Part shown: positions 36,927 to 50,431 of the stretch, piece by piece
Layout: every line of letters starts with the position of its first letter
Position numbering within the stretch: the stretch's first letter is position 1
Assembly: GCA_964463255.1 (NCBI GenBank)
Contig: CAYXBC010000024.1
Location: 5,587 to 69,586, forward strand
Origin: an uncultured Candidatus Peribacteria bacterium
GTDB lineage: Bacteria; Patescibacteriota; Gracilibacteria; Absconditabacterales; Absconditicoccaceae
Length of the DNA stretch: 64,000 nt
Direction of reading: 5' to 3'
Translations under genes and position numbers: made by a program
The notes under the pieces: model-generated
Databases searched by the model: none
Told to the model about the DNA's origin: nothing
What the model saw: only the letters and a program-made list of their open reading frames with translations

Positions 36927-39900
36927 ATGAAACTCCATCATCGTATCGGTTCCCACCTCAAAAAACATCACAAGAAGTATCTTTTCGGGGCGTTCTGATC
37001 ATTTGCACTCGTCAAGATGCTGCTCCTGTTTGCAGGATTTTTTGGGATTATCCAGCATAGCTGGACATTTGCATCTGAGTGATGTGAAACTTTCGTAGAT
37101 CAGCCAACATGTGAATCGTCTAGTTGTTTTTGGAATATAACTGATACTACCTGTATAACAAACGCCACAGCAGAAGCTAATGCGAACTTACAGGTAGCAA
37201 AAGATTATCTATGAATGCTAGGATCAGATTACCCAGACGATTATATAGCAACAAGCGTAGGAGCAGTGACATCAGGATTTGCATTACCAGAAACCAATGA
37301 TGCAGAAAAGATCACAAAAACAAACGCACTTAATGCTGCATATGCATGATTAGTGACAAATTTGGATGCTGCAAAAGTGTCAGCGGCGACAAAGGTTCAA
37401 GCTGACTATACGGCAGGAAGCTGGGCAGTCCTCACAGGTGCATTAGCATGATGACGAGAATGAAGCGTGGATAGTAGAAATACAAAAGCGAACGCAATCA
37501 ATAATGCAATTGCAGCTTTAGTTCCTATTGGTGAAATGCCTGAAGGGGTATATCCCTATGACGCTAAATTCACCATTCCAGTAGGGTATGTAAAGATAGT
37601 GGATGATACTGCCAATCCTAAGTACATGGTCATTGCAGCTCAATATCCATCTGATAATGGGTATACGTATACGGACATGAAATCATATATAGCTCCACAT
37701 AATTATATGCTACCGACCACAGCATTAAAAGATATGCTGACAATGGGTAATCATACATCGACACGGGTCATTGAATCTGAAGTTACTGGATGAGAATGAT
37801 GATTATATGATATAGGAAATCGGAATGAACGGGTAAGTGACCCCACATATACCAATGATTGATGATATGGGTATCATTACAATCTTATGTGAATACAAGA
37901 ATATCCAAGTTGAAAATCCTTTTATGCAGAATGAAACTATATAAACGATTGGCCATCATGACGAGCAAAAATAAGACTTTTCTATGCTCCAAATATGGTT
38001 GATAGTTGAAATATAGTGACTAAATATGGCTGTGCAACAGATGCGTTAACATGTGATTTATCAAATACAGGTATCGTAACTATTGCGCCAGATGCTTTCA
38101 TGCATCACACAAATTTAACAAGTTTGAATATTTCCAACAATCAGATTAGCACTATCGAGAGCTGAACGTTTTCTGAGCTTAGTAAGCTCAATCAATTGAA
38201 ACTGGGCAATAACCAGATTTCTTGATCGATAACCGCATCAATGCTACGTTGACCATCAGATCTAGAATGATTATTCCTAAACAATAACAAAATAACTTCT
38301 TTCGATAATGATGTCTTCCTATGACTTACGCACTTGCGTCAATTCCAGTTTGATTATAATTTCCTTAGCACGATGCCGGCATCCATCACGGGGCTTGCAA
38401 ATCTGCTGCTTGGTCGGTTAGTCCCTGAATATAATTGCCGAGATACCGGATCTATGGACAGCTATGTCATAGAATTTATGAATACGAATGCGAGTCAAAG
38501 CTATCGACAGGATCATATCAACACCGGCTGTCCGGTATGTGGAGATGGGATCATAAACGGGAATGATATATGCGATGACGGCGACAATAATGGTACGCCA
38601 GAATATTGTAATGCTACCTGTACTGCTATACTTCCACCGGATGCTGATGCTGATGGTATCGCAGATGCTTATGATAATTGTCCTTTCGAAGCGAATCCAG
38701 ACCAAGGAAATACACAGGTAAGTTTTGCGAAAGCGAATGCTGCCAATCGGGCCTTATCAGGAAATCAGGATCGTATCACGGATAATGTACGACTCACCAG
38801 ATGAGCTACCAAAAGTTTATTCAATGCAAAAACAGAAAGCAGTTATACAGGTACAAGTCCATTAGACACAGAATGGAAAAATGGAGGATGTGATGCTAGT
38901 GGCACCTTTATGAAATGGGACACATGGATAAATAATGCTCCTGCTGCAAAAGTGGATGTCCCCGCTTGCGTGCACCTGATCACCGATGATAGGTATTTGG
39001 ACATTATGCTTACATTCCGGAGCAGTACCTGATTCTCCTATACGAGGGAGAATATCCATGGAGCTGCATGTACTGTGTCCGAAGAGAGCACAGCTATAAT
39101 AAATACATATTATGGATCATGATCAGCATATACCACCAATCGAACCAGCAATACTTGTAATCTAGCAGATATGACCGTAAAATATATCAATAATTATGCG
39201 ACGAGCGGATATGATAAGATCCCAGAATATCTATCAGCAAATACTATCTATGTCCTGCTCCCATGAGCACATATCACATCACGATATCAGATAAATCTTG
39301 CAACATGCTCAGCCATTATAGGGAGTGGAGAGGTAAAACTTTATTCTACTACGCAACGTGATAATATATTGTATGCACTTAACCAAAAAAACATCATCAT
39401 TGATGCTATCAATATAGATGGAATACAGGATGGTATCTGAGGCAATCACTATGCAAATAGCAACTGAATAATGTTTCTGGCTACTTCGGATAGCACTATC
39501 AATGAAGTAAAAGCACATGATAACCAAACATATGGAATACATCTCCATAATTATGCCACCAACAATACGATTAGCAATAGTCAAATCTATAATAACTGAG
39601 GGCAGTGAATCCGTATACAAGCAAATTCAGACAATACAATCATTGACAATATGCAAGCATTCAATAATGGATACTGAATATTATTGGATACTACAAACAA
39701 CAACACTATCAACAACACACAGACATATAACAATAACGGTGGTGGGATATATCTCTACAATTCTGCAAACAACACCATCAACAATACACAGGTATATAAT
39801 AACCAGAATTGAATTTTTATGGTCAACGGAGATACGCACAACAATACGCTCAATAATGTACAAGCCTACAATAATGCTTATCGTGGAATAGAGATGAATA

Positions 39901-42900
39901 ATTCCAATAATAATATCCTCAACAATATCCAGAGTTACAATAATGTATATGGAATAGAAGACGGATGAGACAATAATACCTATTATGGGACATTAAAGGT
40001 ATTTGGAAATGATGCTAATCTATATTGATGGTCTACGCTTATGACATGATCTGATTCAGAAGATTTCTCATGATGAATATTGGATACGGTATGAACCATA
40101 TCTTGTGATCGAATAACTAATCCTATGGACAGTAGTGAGGCATTTCTGGTAACCACTCCTGCTTGTGACAGTAGATGATATAATAATGGTTGGATACCAA
40201 CATACGATATAAAATATCTTTACGGAGCAAATATTCTCAGACAGACGAAAGCTGCACAGGATAGTGGAGAATGAACGCCTGTATATACTTGGTGAGGGAT
40301 ACCATATGTTCCGACAAAATATATAGCAGAAAGTAATCCACTTCTCAACGGATCGCTTCTCTTGGCATCAGGACAATCCTATGTGCTAGAAAATACTCTT
40401 CAGATTCATTTGACGACAGCAGAACCTTCCATATATGTACTCTCCGGTGATTTTGTATGATCGCCTGTTTCGGGCACCATACAAAGTGCAGCTAGGGCAA
40501 CCGTAAGCTTGACTGCATGATACGGTATCAAAAATATTTCCGTAAGCTATAGCACAGGAGAGAAACAAAGAATATTCACAAAAAAAATCTGATATATATC
40601 AAGTATGGATAACTATTGTGAGATGGTAAGTGATCTTCCTCGCGCCCAATGTGACGCACTCATCGATCTTTATATCAGTACGGATGGTGATCATTGGAAT
40701 TGGAGCAATAACCGGTTTGGGTCTGGTGATATAACTCCAGAAACCGTATGTGATAATCGGTATGGGGTAAGTTGTTATGATGATAATGGTTCTCTTTATG
40801 TCTCTTATCTTTCTTTATCTGAGAATAATCTCTCTGGGGCTTTGCCAGAAACGATAGGTAATCTTACTTGATTGGGAAATCTCTATCTGGATGGGAATCA
40901 TATTACGTCATTACCAGAATCCTTGGGTAATCTCACCTCATTAGGAGAACTCAATCTCTATAACAACGCATTAGTAGTATTACCAGAATCTTTCGGTAAT
41001 CTCACGTCATTGGCATATCTGTATCTCAATAGCAATGCATTAGCATCCTTACCGGAAAGCCTGACACAATTGAGTAATCTAAATTATATCAATATCAATA
41101 ATAATGCTATCTGTCCCTATGCATTGAGTGGCAATCTAAGGGATTTCTTGGATCAATATAATGAACAGGATAAGGGTGATTGGAGGAATGTCCAGGATAA
41201 AGGTGCCTGCGATAGTGATAATGATGGGGTTATGGATCCAGGAGACAACTGTCCTCTTGTAGCAAATACCGATCAAGCAGATCGGAATAAAATAGAATGA
41301 TGAGGAACGCCTGTTACCTTTACCAAGGCTAATTATGCAGATTGGACGCTTCCGGAAAATCAGGATTGCATCACATCAAATGTCTGTATCACCAGACAAG
41401 ATGATAGAGGTATTTTCAATGCAGTGTCAGAAGAATATTTTGATCGGGACAATAATAGCCCTAAGGATACACAGTGGGCAATGGGACAATGTAGTGATAT
41501 GGGGTCATTGAGTTTTGATAATTTGTTTGATTATGGATATTCTCCTTCCCATTTGATAGGTGATGCTCTGTGTCTGCATCTTATTTCAGAGGATAAATAT
41601 TACGATATCACTTTCAACAACCGGACCTCAGGTGAAGAAGAAGGTGGGTGAGGATTCTCGTATACAAGAACTGAATTTATAAACAACAAAGGTGATGTCT
41701 GTGATTGTAGTGATAATGCATGTTATGCAGGGAATACAGGAAATGATATCAGCGGAGCACCGGTATGTAAATTATGAGAAGACGCATGTTATCCCGATAC
41801 CGATGAAGATGGTGTACATGACAATAGAGATAACTGTATCTCTGTGCCGAATCCAGACCAAGCAGATACGGAAGTTTCTCAGATTTCATTCACCAAAGAA
41901 GATCGAGCTGACCCTACTGACCCAGCAAACCAAGATCATATCACGTCAAATGTCTGGCTTACGAGAGGAGATTATTATCCCTTATATAATATAAAGTATC
42001 AAAATTTCGGAGATGTCGAAGACAATAGCACAGCTCCTACCGATACAGAATGGGCATATGGTGAATGTGTTGATAAAGATAATCTTAATCGAGATTCTCG
42101 AGTATATTATATTTACTATAATTTAGGAAATCCTGTATGTCTCCATACACTTTCAGACAACAAATATATCGATATGGTATTTGATTCTCGGACAAGTGAT
42201 GATGGATGAGGATTCTCCTATACAAGAACAAAATATGGAGATGGAACAGGTGACGCTTGTCAAAATGTTTATCCTATAGTTACGCAAGGTCTTGGAGATC
42301 ATGAAGGAGTATTTACCATAGCATGATTATCAAGTGCTACGATAACATTCAATAAGCCTATTGCAAATATAGAGCATATAAAGCAGCTTATCGCTTCATG
42401 ATCAGATAGTGCTCCTACATTCAACTGGTCAGAAGGGGACTATATATTGACGATAAGCAATGAGACGGAAGAAGATATGAGATGGACGAGACCGATAGCA
42501 GGAAATCTTACTGATGCACAATGAAATACTTCATACAATCAAGTAGTGATCATGACGTCCGTAGAGACGGATAGTGAAGACCCTTTGGCTGGGTCCGGAA
42601 ATGCCTGTACTGTAGACAACACTTCTATCAGCATAGATATCCCATTACATACATCAGGGGCGAAAGTGAAGGTCGATTCATGTGATATTGAATACTCAGG
42701 AGATACCAAGATTATCACGATACCGGAAATAGATGTGACGGTGATGACAGATCTTTCTGATTCACCAGTGAGCGTACAGATACCTCAATTCACACGTATT
42801 ACCTCAGATCTTAATTTCGATTATAATATCTTCACACCGACCGTCAAAGAGAATTCTAGCGTCACAGCAGGTACAGACCAGACGGTACAATCCGTCATAG

Positions 42901-45900
42901 AACTTGGATATGCGTCATGAAGCCTCTTATTCGACCAATGAGTAAGGATACTCATTCCTGGGCAAGCAGGCAAAAAGGTAGGATATACACATGGAGGATC
43001 ACCGCTTACTGAGATTACCGCAATATGTGCTAGTGATAGCCAAACCATAGGTGATGATCTAGCTTCAAATAGTGATTGTAAAATAGATGTAGGAGCTGAC
43101 CTAGTCGTTTGGACAAAACATTTTACGACATTCGTTACCTATACCCAAAATGCTTGAGGAACCGGAGAACTCAATAGCGAGAATCTTGTGACTCAATATC
43201 TCTGTACAACCGATGCAACATGATGCGATCTTTCAAATATGGAGATAGCGACCATAGCACCAAATGCATTCATCAACCATACCATGCTGACGCGATTGAA
43301 TCTTAGCAACAATCAGATGAGCTGATTTCTTGCAAGTGCCACATTTGATGGTATACCCCAATTGCAATATCTCGATCTCAGCTACAATACTATCACCAGT
43401 GTGGATCTTTCCTGATTCGCTAATCTCACCCTGCTTAAGATAAACGATAATGCACTGACCTCATTGCCAGAAGGACTGACTGGACTCGCATCGTTATCGG
43501 ATGGGACATGACTTGATATCTCAAATAATTACATTAATTATACTCCATTTTCTCTTTCGACATTGTGATTTATCGATGCAAAGTCAGTGAATAGTGGATG
43601 GAGAAGTACCCAGATTTTCTGCGGAAATGGAGTGATTGAATGAAATGAAATATGTGATGATGGAATAGATAACGGAAACCAATCATACTGCAATCTTACC
43701 TGTACAGAGGTATTGCCTCCTGATGCAGACGGCGATGGCGTGCCGGATACTACGGACAATTGTCCTCATGTATCCAACGCTGATCAAACCGATACAGATA
43801 GCAACGGCATATGAGACGCCTGCCAACGCTCCGATCCGATAGCTCCTACAGCTACAGTAGAATATTCTATAGGATTACCAACCAATCAAGATGTGGTAGC
43901 TACGCTGACATGATGGAATGAAGCGATAACATGAGTGAATGCTTACCAGCATACCTTTACGGGAAATGGAGAATTCATATTCACCTTCACGAGTCTCTCT
44001 GGTCTCGATGGAAGTGTAATAGCCAGAGTAGGTTGGATCGATAAAGAGAGTCCAGTGATTACGATGATTGATAGCGGAACGCTTGAGATCGAGTGGGGAA
44101 GTGAATATACGGATGCTTGAGCGACTGCGTATGATAGTGTAGATGGAAACATCACCACTGGCATCATCACGAGCGGAACCGTAGATACGAATATACCAGG
44201 AAATTATATTGTAGAATATATGGTGACTGATAATGTAGGGAATGAGACATATACTATAAGGATAGTAAATGTAGTAGATACTACAGCGCCAGTAATTACC
44301 TTGAATGGCGGTACATGAATCGTGTATGTGGAATACAAAACTACTTATAGTGAATTATGAGCGAGCTGGAGAGATACACATGATGGAAGTGGAGTGGTGA
44401 TACAGATAAGCTGAACAGTGAATACGTGAGTACTCTGAACTTATACATTGCTATACAGCAAAGTAGATGCTGCAGGCAATGTAGCGACACCAGTGACAAG
44501 GACGGTGATGGTAAGAGATACTACGGCCCCAGTAATTACCTTGAATGGCGAACCAGGTCTGAATATCACACAAGGTACGACCTATACGGATGCTTGAGCG
44601 ACTGCACATGATAGTGTAGATGGAAATATCACCACTGGCATCATCACGAGCGGAGTAGTAGATACCAATAGAACATGAATATATATGATAATATATACCG
44701 TAAGAGATGCTGCAGGTAATCGAGCAACACCAATTACAAGATACATTACTGTCGTACAAAAGTGAGCGCCTACAGCAACGATAGTATATAGTAGTGAGAA
44801 TTTGACCAATCAAAACATAATCGCTACGGTGACATGATTTTCTGAAGCAGTGAGTGGTATGAATGCAGTGACCCACACCTTCACAGGAAACGGAACATTC
44901 ACCTTTACATTCAGCGACCTCTATGGAAATCCAGGAAGCATCATAGCGAATGTGACATGGATCGATAAGGTAAAACCTGTAGTGACACTAAATAATAGTG
45001 GAATGATATATATCGAATATGGAAACACTTATAGCGATGCAGGAGCGACAGCCAACGATAATATCGATGGGAATATCACCATCGGTATCATAACGAGTGG
45101 AACGGTAAACGCATGAGTACTATGAACCTATATGATTACCTATACCGTGAGCGATATTGCAGGAAATACCTGATCAGCTACGAGGACAGTGATGGTAAGA
45201 GATACTACGGCGCCAGTAATTACCTTGAATGGGGGCACATGAATCGTGTATGTGGAATATGGTAATGCTTATAGTGAATTATGAGCGAGCTGGACAGATC
45301 TTCGTGATGGAAGCGGAGTTGTGATGCAAATAAGTGGAATGGTAAATACATGAGTATTATGAACCTATACCATTACCTATACCGTGAGCGATATTGCAGG
45401 AAATACCTGATCAGCTACGAGGACGGTGATTGTAAGGGATACTACGGCACCAGTAATTACCTTGAATGGCGGCACATGAATCGTGTATGTCGAATACAAA
45501 ACTACTTATAGTGAATTATGAGCGAGCTGGAGAGATACACATGATGGAAGTGGAGTGGTGACACAGATAAGCTGAACAGTGAATACATGAACACTCTGAA
45601 CTTATACATTGCTATACAGCAAAGTAGATGCTGCAGGCAATGCAGCGACACCAACTACAAGGACGGTGATTGTAAGAGATACTACGGCGCCAGTAATCAC
45701 ACTTATCGGCAGCGGAACCATAAATATCGAATATGCTACAGTATATGGTGAATCCGGAGCCAGATGGTCAGATATTCATGATGGCTCATGATTCGTTGCC
45801 TCTATCAGCTGATACGTGGATACCTGAACGCCAGGAACATATACATTGCTATACAGCAAGACTGATACCTCTTGAAATACATGAACAGCAAGCAGAATAG

Positions 45901-47138
45901 TGAAGGTAGGTATGATTAGCGCCATATTGAGCGGAGAGAGAAATGCTACAGGATCTGCGATGTTCGACGGAGCGACGACCACCGGAGTGATATTGAGCTG
46001 AACAGGTAGTTTGACGCTTTCTAGCGAAGAGACAGGGAATAATACGCTCGAGATACCTTCGAATATAGGTGCTATCAATGCAAGCGGAGGTACATGGGAT
46101 GGAACAATTTCTGCACCAGAAAAAGATTTGAGCGGTGAGGCGACCCAAAGTGAATTATATTGATTTTTGCCTGTTTCTACCAACAATACGACATATCAGC
46201 ATGAAATCATAACTACTGTAAAAGTGGGATCAAATGTCGAGCTACGACCAACAACCGGATACTTCACAGTCACTATCTATGTCGTAGGATATAATGGGCA
46301 GACTATCAAAGTCTTTAGATCAGAAGACGGTGATACTCGGACCAAAAATTCACCCGATGAAACATGTTATGTCACAGGCAATATCTGTAGCTTTAGGACC
46401 GATCACTTGAGTTTCTTTGCTCCAGCAAAAGTAGTCGCAAGCCAAGTAGTAACAACTCCTAGCGTATGATGATGAGGCTGATGAACGACCCTCATAAAAG
46501 ATATGTGTCCAGGACAAAGGGATTGTTCAGATAGTTATTATGATAAGCTTTGCGGTGTATGTCCAGCATCAGCGACAGGTCATGCAGCAGCGAGTACGAA
46601 AGTACCAGCGAGCATAGTGAATTCTCCCTATTCTTCACAGTCTAATGAGGCATATCTCCGGGCATACAGCTACGATATCACAACCATGCCTACCATCCAG
46701 AATGCGAATATAGATGGCAATCTCATGAGAAGGGATATGGCAAAGATGATAACCAACTTTGCAACGCAAGTCATGGGAATGAAAATCACGGCTCAGAGTT
46801 GATTGAACTGCAAATTCTCCGATATAGCATCCCTCGGAAAACAGACCCAATATTATATTCTTTATGCATGCAGATTGTGACTGATGTGATATGAGAATGA
46901 TGGTGTGACGGTACAGAAAAACTTTGATCCTAATAAAGAAGTCGATAGGAGACAATTCGGAACAATCCTTTCCAGAGTTATCCGATGAACGAAATACAAT
47001 GGATGAATCCCATATTATATGAACCATTTAGCCGCATTGAAGAGGAATGCAATCATGACCAAGATATCTACGCCGACGATGAAAGAGATAAGAGGGTTTG
47101 TGATGCTGATGATGAAGAGAGCGTTCGAGATGAAATAG
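36927..47138 (+). CDS. giant multidomain cell-surface protein (3403 aa): LRR blocks, TSP3 calcium-binding repeats, parallel beta-helix repeats, Ig-like repeats, SLH-like anchor
   Basis: Thirteen ORF-track pieces are all in frame 0. I traced most long gaps codon by codon (37791-38334, 38802-40605, 42918-43935, 44118-44460, 45789-46167, 46800-47138) and read the remaining gaps, including 45117-45608, by translation; I found only TGA. N-terminal TM leader. Repeated DADGDGVPDxxDNCPxxxNxDQ. NN(T/A)IxNxQxYNN beta-helix repeats across 39.4-40.0 kb. DTTAPVITLNG Ig-like repeats across 43.8-45.9 kb. TAG at 47136. Confidence 0.8.
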
Positions 47139-47193
47139 GCATATGCTGCCCAATACCTATCCATAAAAATTTTTACTCTTGTCTGATATACAG

Positions 47194-47997
47194 ATGAAAT
47201 TCCATGACCGTACCGGTTCCCACCTCAAGAGCAGAGTATTCTGACCTTTTACTTTCATTAAGATGCTATTAGTGTTTGCAGGATTTTTGGGGATTATCAC
47301 CCAAGCTAGGTATATTTATGCCGCATCTACACAAAATATATGAAGTAGTTGAGGAACAACCATAAAACAAGATATCTGTGCAGTGAGGGACTGTAGTAGT
47401 AAGTACTACGATGATGTCTGTGGAATCTGCCCTAAGACCACACAGGGCACTGTGGGAATAACGGGAACTAGTGTACCAACAACAGGATCGATAGTAGGAT
47501 CGACGTACTCTCAGGAACTCAATAGTGCCTACCTCTATGCATACAGCGTAGGAATCACCAGTATGCCAACTATCCAAAAAGCCAACCTTGATGGTAAATT
47601 ATTAAGATCTCATATGGCCAAGATGATGGTGGAATATGCAATGAATGTCTTGGAAAAGAAAGCTGATACCAAAGCAGTATGTACCTATACGGATATCGCT
47701 GATCAAAGTGAGGAAATGCAGACATATATGAAGCTTGCATGTGCATATGGTCTCATGGGTATACATACCAACAACAAATTCAATCCAACCAGTGAAGTAA
47801 CGAGAGCAGAATTTGCTACGGTCTTATCAAGATTATTATATGGTGCCAGATATGATGCCACAGCAGGAGCAAATTATTATGAAAATCATCTTGCAGCATT
47901 AAAAACAAAGAAGATAATCACCAACACCACTCCCACTCTCAAAGAATTAAGAGCTAATGTAATGCTGATGCTTTGGAGAGCTACGACCAGAAAATAG
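47194..47997 (+). CDS. small paralog made of the same N-terminal leader plus a Cys-rich linker plus the SLH-like anchor module (267 aa)
   Basis: MKFHDRTGSHLK..MLLVFAGFLGII matches the giant protein leader. The C-terminus FNPTSEVTRAEFATVLSRLLYG...LMLWR matches the anchors at 12.3 kb and 47.0 kb. TAG at 47995. Confidence 0.75.
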
Positions 47998-48006
47998 TAG
48001 AAGTAT

Positions 48007-48036
48007 AAAAACTCTGCATAACTGCAGGGTTTTTTA
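48007..48036 (+). terminator. rho-independent terminator
   Basis: aaaactctgca-taac-tgcagggtttttt directly after the stop at 47997. Confidence 0.6.
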
Positions 48037-48049
48037 GTGCCATGTTATT

Positions 48050-48098
48050 CTGGTAGGGTGGCCCCGGAGATGCACCGGGGAACCACTGAGTAAAGAAA
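48050..48098 (-). other. tRNA 3'-half-like remnant (putative att junction)
   Basis: The minus strand reads ctttactCAGTGGTtCCCCGGtgcatctCCGGGGCCACCCTAcca. tRNA-Lys reads cttttaagcCAGTGGTcCAGGGttcgatcCCCTGCCACCCTA. The acceptor strand and variable-loop region are identical, and the T-stem differs but still base-pairs. No 5' half is present. Confidence 0.5.
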
Positions 48099-48356
48099 AA
48101 AATAACCAATCTCTTGATTATTTTTCTATATTTCAACATTTCAATGTTATTCTGGTAGACTGACAGGTCATTGAATCTAATTTCTATACGTCTATCTTTA
48201 CTCAATATAAACAGTTCATCCTAAAAAACAAGGACGTTATAAAAGCCATATATGCGTATATGGACTTTTTCCATAAATGAAGGTTAGCCGAGCTTTCGTC
48301 AGTGGAGTTAGTGAAAGTTGGGGATTACAATCTATAAATAAGGAACAAACCGTTCA

Positions 48357-48482
48357 CTAATCTAATTCAACCTCTAACAATAACTGAATGAGATTATAGA
48401 GAGATTCACCAAAACCTTTAGCACTCAATACTTCACGCAAAGATTGTTTCGTTTCAAATCTTTGTAAAATCAGTTTATCCAT
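48357..48482 (-). CDS. hypothetical 41-aa protein divergent from rep
   Basis: ATG 48482, TAG 48357-48359. It is short and has no motif. Confidence 0.25.
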   Translation of the reverse strand: MDKLILQRFETKQSLREVLSAKGFGESLYNLIQLLLEVELD

Positions 48483-48506
48483 TTTATTTTATTACCATAT
48501 AAAACA

Positions 48507-49427
48507 ATGACTATATCACAAGACATCATCCAAAGGACTATTGATAAGATGATAAGAAGCCAAGAGAAAAAGAAAGAGATTACTGGTTATTTAGAAGCTA
48601 ATAAGCCACATTTATTATGATCTATCCGAAAGAAGGGAAGGATAAAAGACTGTTGTAATGTCTTAATCTTCCGTGATTATCTCAATGGAGAAAAGAAGCT
48701 CTATAAAACCAACTTCTGTAAATACGATAAGTTCTGCCTAGCCTGTGCTACTAGGAGATCAATAAAGATGATCCAAAAATTTGAAGCCTGAATTGTTCAA
48801 TATGGATTGGATACGAAAAACTGGTATCATATATCATTGACGGTTAAGCACAATAATCGTCAGTCTTTAGGATTTCTTATGGATAAACTATGGAAGGCAA
48901 AAGAGAAACTAGCCCAAAGGTTTAGAAACTCCAAAAGAGATAATCATAAAGCAAAGAGTTTTATGCACAATTTTGACGGGATAGTTAGTTCTGTAGAGGT
49001 AACCTATAGTCAAAAAAGCGGGCGACATCCACATATCCATATGCTTGTTTGTACTGATAAAGAAATACCAATAGAATGGTCTAAGAAACTAACAGCACAT
49101 TCAAATAGAGAGCTTCAAAAAGAATGGTATCAGATTACGGGGGATAGTTATTCCGTAGGTATAAGAAAGGTAGCGGTTAATAAAGACAATTATAGCCGTA
49201 AAGGTATAGGGGAGGTATTCAAATATGCAGTTAAATTTTCAAAATTGGATATACCTCAACTGTCGGAAGTGATAGAAATTCAGCAAATCAAAAGATATCG
49301 TTTCTTTGCTACCTATGGTATCTTTAGAGGTTGGAAGATAGAAAAACCCAATATCATAGATAATGATAGGTTCGTAGAAAGATCTTTTGAATATCACAAT
49401 GATGAATTTGAAGAAAAAGACATATAA
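48507..49427 (+). CDS. rolling-circle replication initiator (HUH endonuclease, Rep_1/pC194-pUB110-like)
   Basis: Motif 1 HISLTVKHN, motif 2 HPHIHMLV, motif 3 EVFKYAVKFSK. Two in-frame TGAs join ATG 48507 to ORF 48807..49427. Confidence 0.8.
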
Positions 49428-49562
49428 GTTGATATATTAGATAATTAGACAAAAGATTCGTGATTTTAACTATCAAATACAACAGGTACAAAATTTGCAA
49501 AAATTTCGATTCTGAATATAATTACTAGAGAGTAAAAACTCTTTAATTTTTGAAACACAGGT

Positions 49563-50357
49563 ATGAAAAAAAAGGTTACATCAATTCACGACTTTCTAGA
49601 GCAAGCCAAGGATATGACACCCACCCAGGCGGGAAAAGAATTTTATTGATTGACGGAAAAAGAAATTAATGAAATCCTATCAAAAAAAACCGAAGTTTCA
49701 AAGACAGAAATAGAAACCACAAAATCCACAGAAGAAGAATCGAATGAAATAATGTCTTCTAAACTTCCTTCAGCAGTAAGTAAGCAGGGGAAGGATGCAG
49801 TTGAATATTTTTTTAAGAATAAAGAAGTAAGTCATTCGAATGTTATCGTTGAGGTCCAGAAACTAGGGAAGAAATGACTGATCCAATATAAGGATACAGG
49901 AAACGGAACTTACGAAGTCCATTTTAATCTCCCATGATGTAAACTGAAACGATATATGCCCCCAGATACTAGCATAGCGGATAGTAGTTACATATACGAT
50001 CTTTGGGACGACACCAAGATAACACAGATAACACAACAGGAAACAACAAGAAAGAGACTACGAAGTGATGAATGAAAGAAATATTTGACCGACAAAGAGA
50101 AGAATGAAAAAAAATCACTTATCAGTAAGGAAAACTTCCTAAAGCTGTGAAAGGCATTGTATCCTAATGGAACCGAGGAAGAACAGATATTAGCAATAAT
50201 GATAGCGACATGATTTTATGGATATATGTGGTTATCAGATAAAACATCAGAATATCAGCTTGCTGTCAATTGTTATCTTCATTCAGATGACCGTTCATTC
50301 TTCAAGCTGAGTTTTGATCTCAGCTCATGCAGTATCATTTACACAAGCACTTTATAG
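49563..50357 (+). CDS. DGR target protein 1 (264 aa) with C-terminal variable region
   Basis: ATG 49563 with six in-frame TGAs. Paralogous to 53293..54087 and to the C-terminal third of 50432..53218. It ends ...CSIIYTSTL-TAG at 50355. Confidence 0.8.
50256..50350 (+). repeat. DGR variable repeat VR1
   Basis: Aligns to the reverse complement of 55785-55884. By hand alignment, 17 of 18 substitutions fall at TR adenines. Confidence 0.85.
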
Positions 50358-50431
50358 AGATAGACCCCGCAGAGCGGGGTAAACTCTTTGACTCTTTGTC
50401 CCTTTGACTCTTTAATTATTACACTATACCA

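Noticed and set aside
48050-48098. A second intact tRNA gene.
   Set aside because: Only the 3' half is present. There is no acceptor 5' strand or D-arm upstream, and the T-loop (TGCATCT) lacks the TTC consensus. I interpret it as an att-site remnant.
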